DNA from: Pirellulales bacterium
GTDB taxonomy: Bacteria > Planctomycetota > Planctomycetia > Pirellulales > UBA1268
Direction of reading: 5' to 3'
DNA: 64,000 bases
Assembly (NCBI GenBank): GCA_041746715.1
Contig: JBGTGN010000156.1
Span: 14,900 to 78,899, forward strand
Of the stretch, positions 62,759-64,000 are shown piece by piece (the first letter of the stretch is position 1; every line of letters begins with the position of its first letter). The notes under the pieces were generated by a model that saw nothing but the letters and a program-made list of their open reading frames with translations, searched no databases and had not been told where the DNA came from. Made by a program: the position numbers and the translations under genes.

Positions 62759-64000
62759 TTGCCCGTGAATTTCGTCTGGCCCCGATGTCCGCGACGGTTT
62801 CTTTTCCTCCTGCGGCCCTGCGTCGCCGCGTGGTGCGTCGCGGCCCTGCTCGGCGGAGCTCGGCCTGCTGGCGCCGAGCCGTTCCTTCAGTGGACCGCGG
62901 CCAACCAGCCGCATGGCGGCCAGAGTGACGACCTCGCTGCTCGTACCTCCGCGCTTGTCCATGAGGGCCGCTGGGCAGATGTCGTCAGCATCTGTGAGAC
63001 CGCCGCTCGCAAGGGCACGCTCGACCCAGCCCTGACCCGCCAGTACGACCTCGCCAAGCTCCACTGCGATGTTGCCCGCCGGCATGCCGAGCCCGCCTTC
63101 CGCCGGCAGCTTGCCACGCTCTCCGAAACCGATGCCCGCCGTGCGTACGGAGAGATTCTTGCCCGCATCGGCTCGCATCATTTCGAAAACCCAGATTTCG
63201 CTCGGCTTGTGGCCCGTGGCCGGCTCGCCATCGATGTCGCCCTCGACGACGCCTCGTTCGGTCCGCAATACGCCTCGCAGGCCACGCTCGATCGGCGGAC
63301 CGCCTACCAGACGCAGGTTGATCGCATCCTTGCGTCCCGGCCGATCGGCTCCCAGGCCGACGCCGAGGCTGCGGCCGCCTGGATCGCACGCACGGGCCAT
63401 TCGCTCCTCGGCATCCCGCCGGCTGTGACGCTCATGGAGATGGCAGCCGCGGCCGTTGGTGGGCTCGACGAATACTCGGCCTTCCTCACGACCGGCCAGC
63501 TCGAAGACCTCTACTCCCAGATCGAAGGCAACTTCGTGGGCCTCGGCGTCGAGCTCAAGAGTGCCCCGGACGGTTTGCTTGTGGTCCACGTCATCTCGGC
63601 GAGCCCCGCCGAGCGTGCTGGCATCCGTGCTGGTGACCGTCTCGTGGGTGTCGGCAGTCGCTCGCTCCATGGCATGAGCGTTGATGAGGCAGCCCACCTT
63701 CTTCAGGGCCCCGAGAACTCGCTGGTGACCCTCGCCGTGGCCCGTGGCCCAGGCACGGCCCGCGCGGTGACCGTCCGCCGCGAGCATGTCGATGTGCCAA
63801 GTGTCGAGGAGATTGGCATCGTCGATCAGGCTTCTGGCATCGCCCGGGTCAAGCTCTCGTCGTTTCAGAAGACGACCGCCGCCGATCTCGAGGCCGCCCT
63901 CCACAAACTCAACGCGGCCGGCATGCGGGCGCTGGTGATCGACCTGCGGGGCAATCCCGGTGGGCTCCTCTCGGCAGCCGTGGATGTGGCGGATCTCTTC
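62759..64000 (+). CDS. S41 C-terminal processing peptidase (Ctp/Prc-like), 5' part; continues past the window end
   Basis: The frame is open from the stop at 62705-62707 to the window end, so it is not in the ORF track. The signal-like N-terminus is RRFLFLLRPCVAAWCVAALLGGA. The PDZ block is GVELKSAPDGLLVVHVISASPAERAGIRAGDRLVGV. It ends LVIDLRGNPGGLL (S41 motif). The start is TTG at 62759 or GTG at 62765. Confidence 0.85.
   Translation, partial: MPVNFVWPRCPRRFLFLLRPCVAAWCVAALLGGARPAGAEPFLQWTAANQPHGGQSDDLAARTSALVHEGRWADVVSICETAARKGTLDPALTRQYDLAKLHCDVARRHAEPAFRRQLATLSETDARRAYGEILARIGSHHFENPDFARLVARGRLAIDVALDDASFGPQYASQATLDRRTAYQTQVDRILASRPIGSQADAEAAAAWIARTGHSLLGIPPAVTLMEMAAAAVGGLDEYSAFLTTGQLEDLYSQIEGNFVGLGVELKSAPDGLLVVHVISASPAERAGIRAGDRLVGVGSRSLHGMSVDEAAHLLQGPENSLVTLAVARGPGTARAVTVRREHVDVPSVEEIGIVDQASGIARVKLSSFQKTTAADLEAALHKLNAAGMRALVIDLRGNPGGLLSAAVDVADLF

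Noticed and set aside
62702-63904. 400-aa minus-strand ORF
   Set aside because: It is antisense to the S41 peptidase frame, which runs off the window end and has clear PDZ and S41 motifs.
1-64000. Search for tRNA, rRNA, CRISPR repeats, transposases, integrases and phage genes
   Set aside because: I found no T-loop-type GGTTCGAATCC-like motifs in a tRNA context, no regularly spaced direct repeats, and no DDE, tyrosine or serine recombinase-like translations in either strand.

Overview
GC-rich, gene-dense chromosomal window, probably from a Planctomycetota-like bacterium. The hints are a Fae homologue, an ECF sigma factor paired with a Ser/Thr kinase, a secreted protein with the LEALESR N-terminal motif, and a PEP-CTERM anchor. 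I call about 57 protein genes. Many long ORFs in the track are Arg/Gly/His-rich antisense shadows of real genes and were discarded. I recognised no rRNA, tRNA, CRISPR array, transposase or integrase. Content in order: (1) a small stress island at 0.9-5.1 kb (YciE-like ferritin, DUF883/holin-X/DUF3618-like trio, a 30-codon membrane micro-ORF), interleaved with three related promoter-to-terminator units that look like a new sRNA or attenuator-leader family; (2) hemA and hemE, each fused into an operon with parts of a CHASE hybrid kinase / HPt / sigma54-activator phosphorelay; (3) an SNF2 helicase and a PhoB/PhoR-like pair; (4) a csrA operon with a beta-CASP RNase, a LOG-family protein and a degenerate SDR; (5) a repeat-rich secreted protein preceded by a perfect sigma54 -24/-12 promoter; (6) a pseudogene remnant of a neighbouring isomerase gene; (7) a Fae homologue, MiaE and a PCP-motif P1B ATPase; (8) a glycan operon with a fused GT4-GT2 enzyme; (9) an ECF42-like sigma factor with YCII/DGPF partners; (10) nucleoside salvage genes; (11) an ECF sigma / Ser-Thr kinase / PDZ protein / MFS-spermidine-synthase operon. 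A ~90-nt intergenic element occurs twice. All family calls come from motif recognition by eye, and no database search was run.
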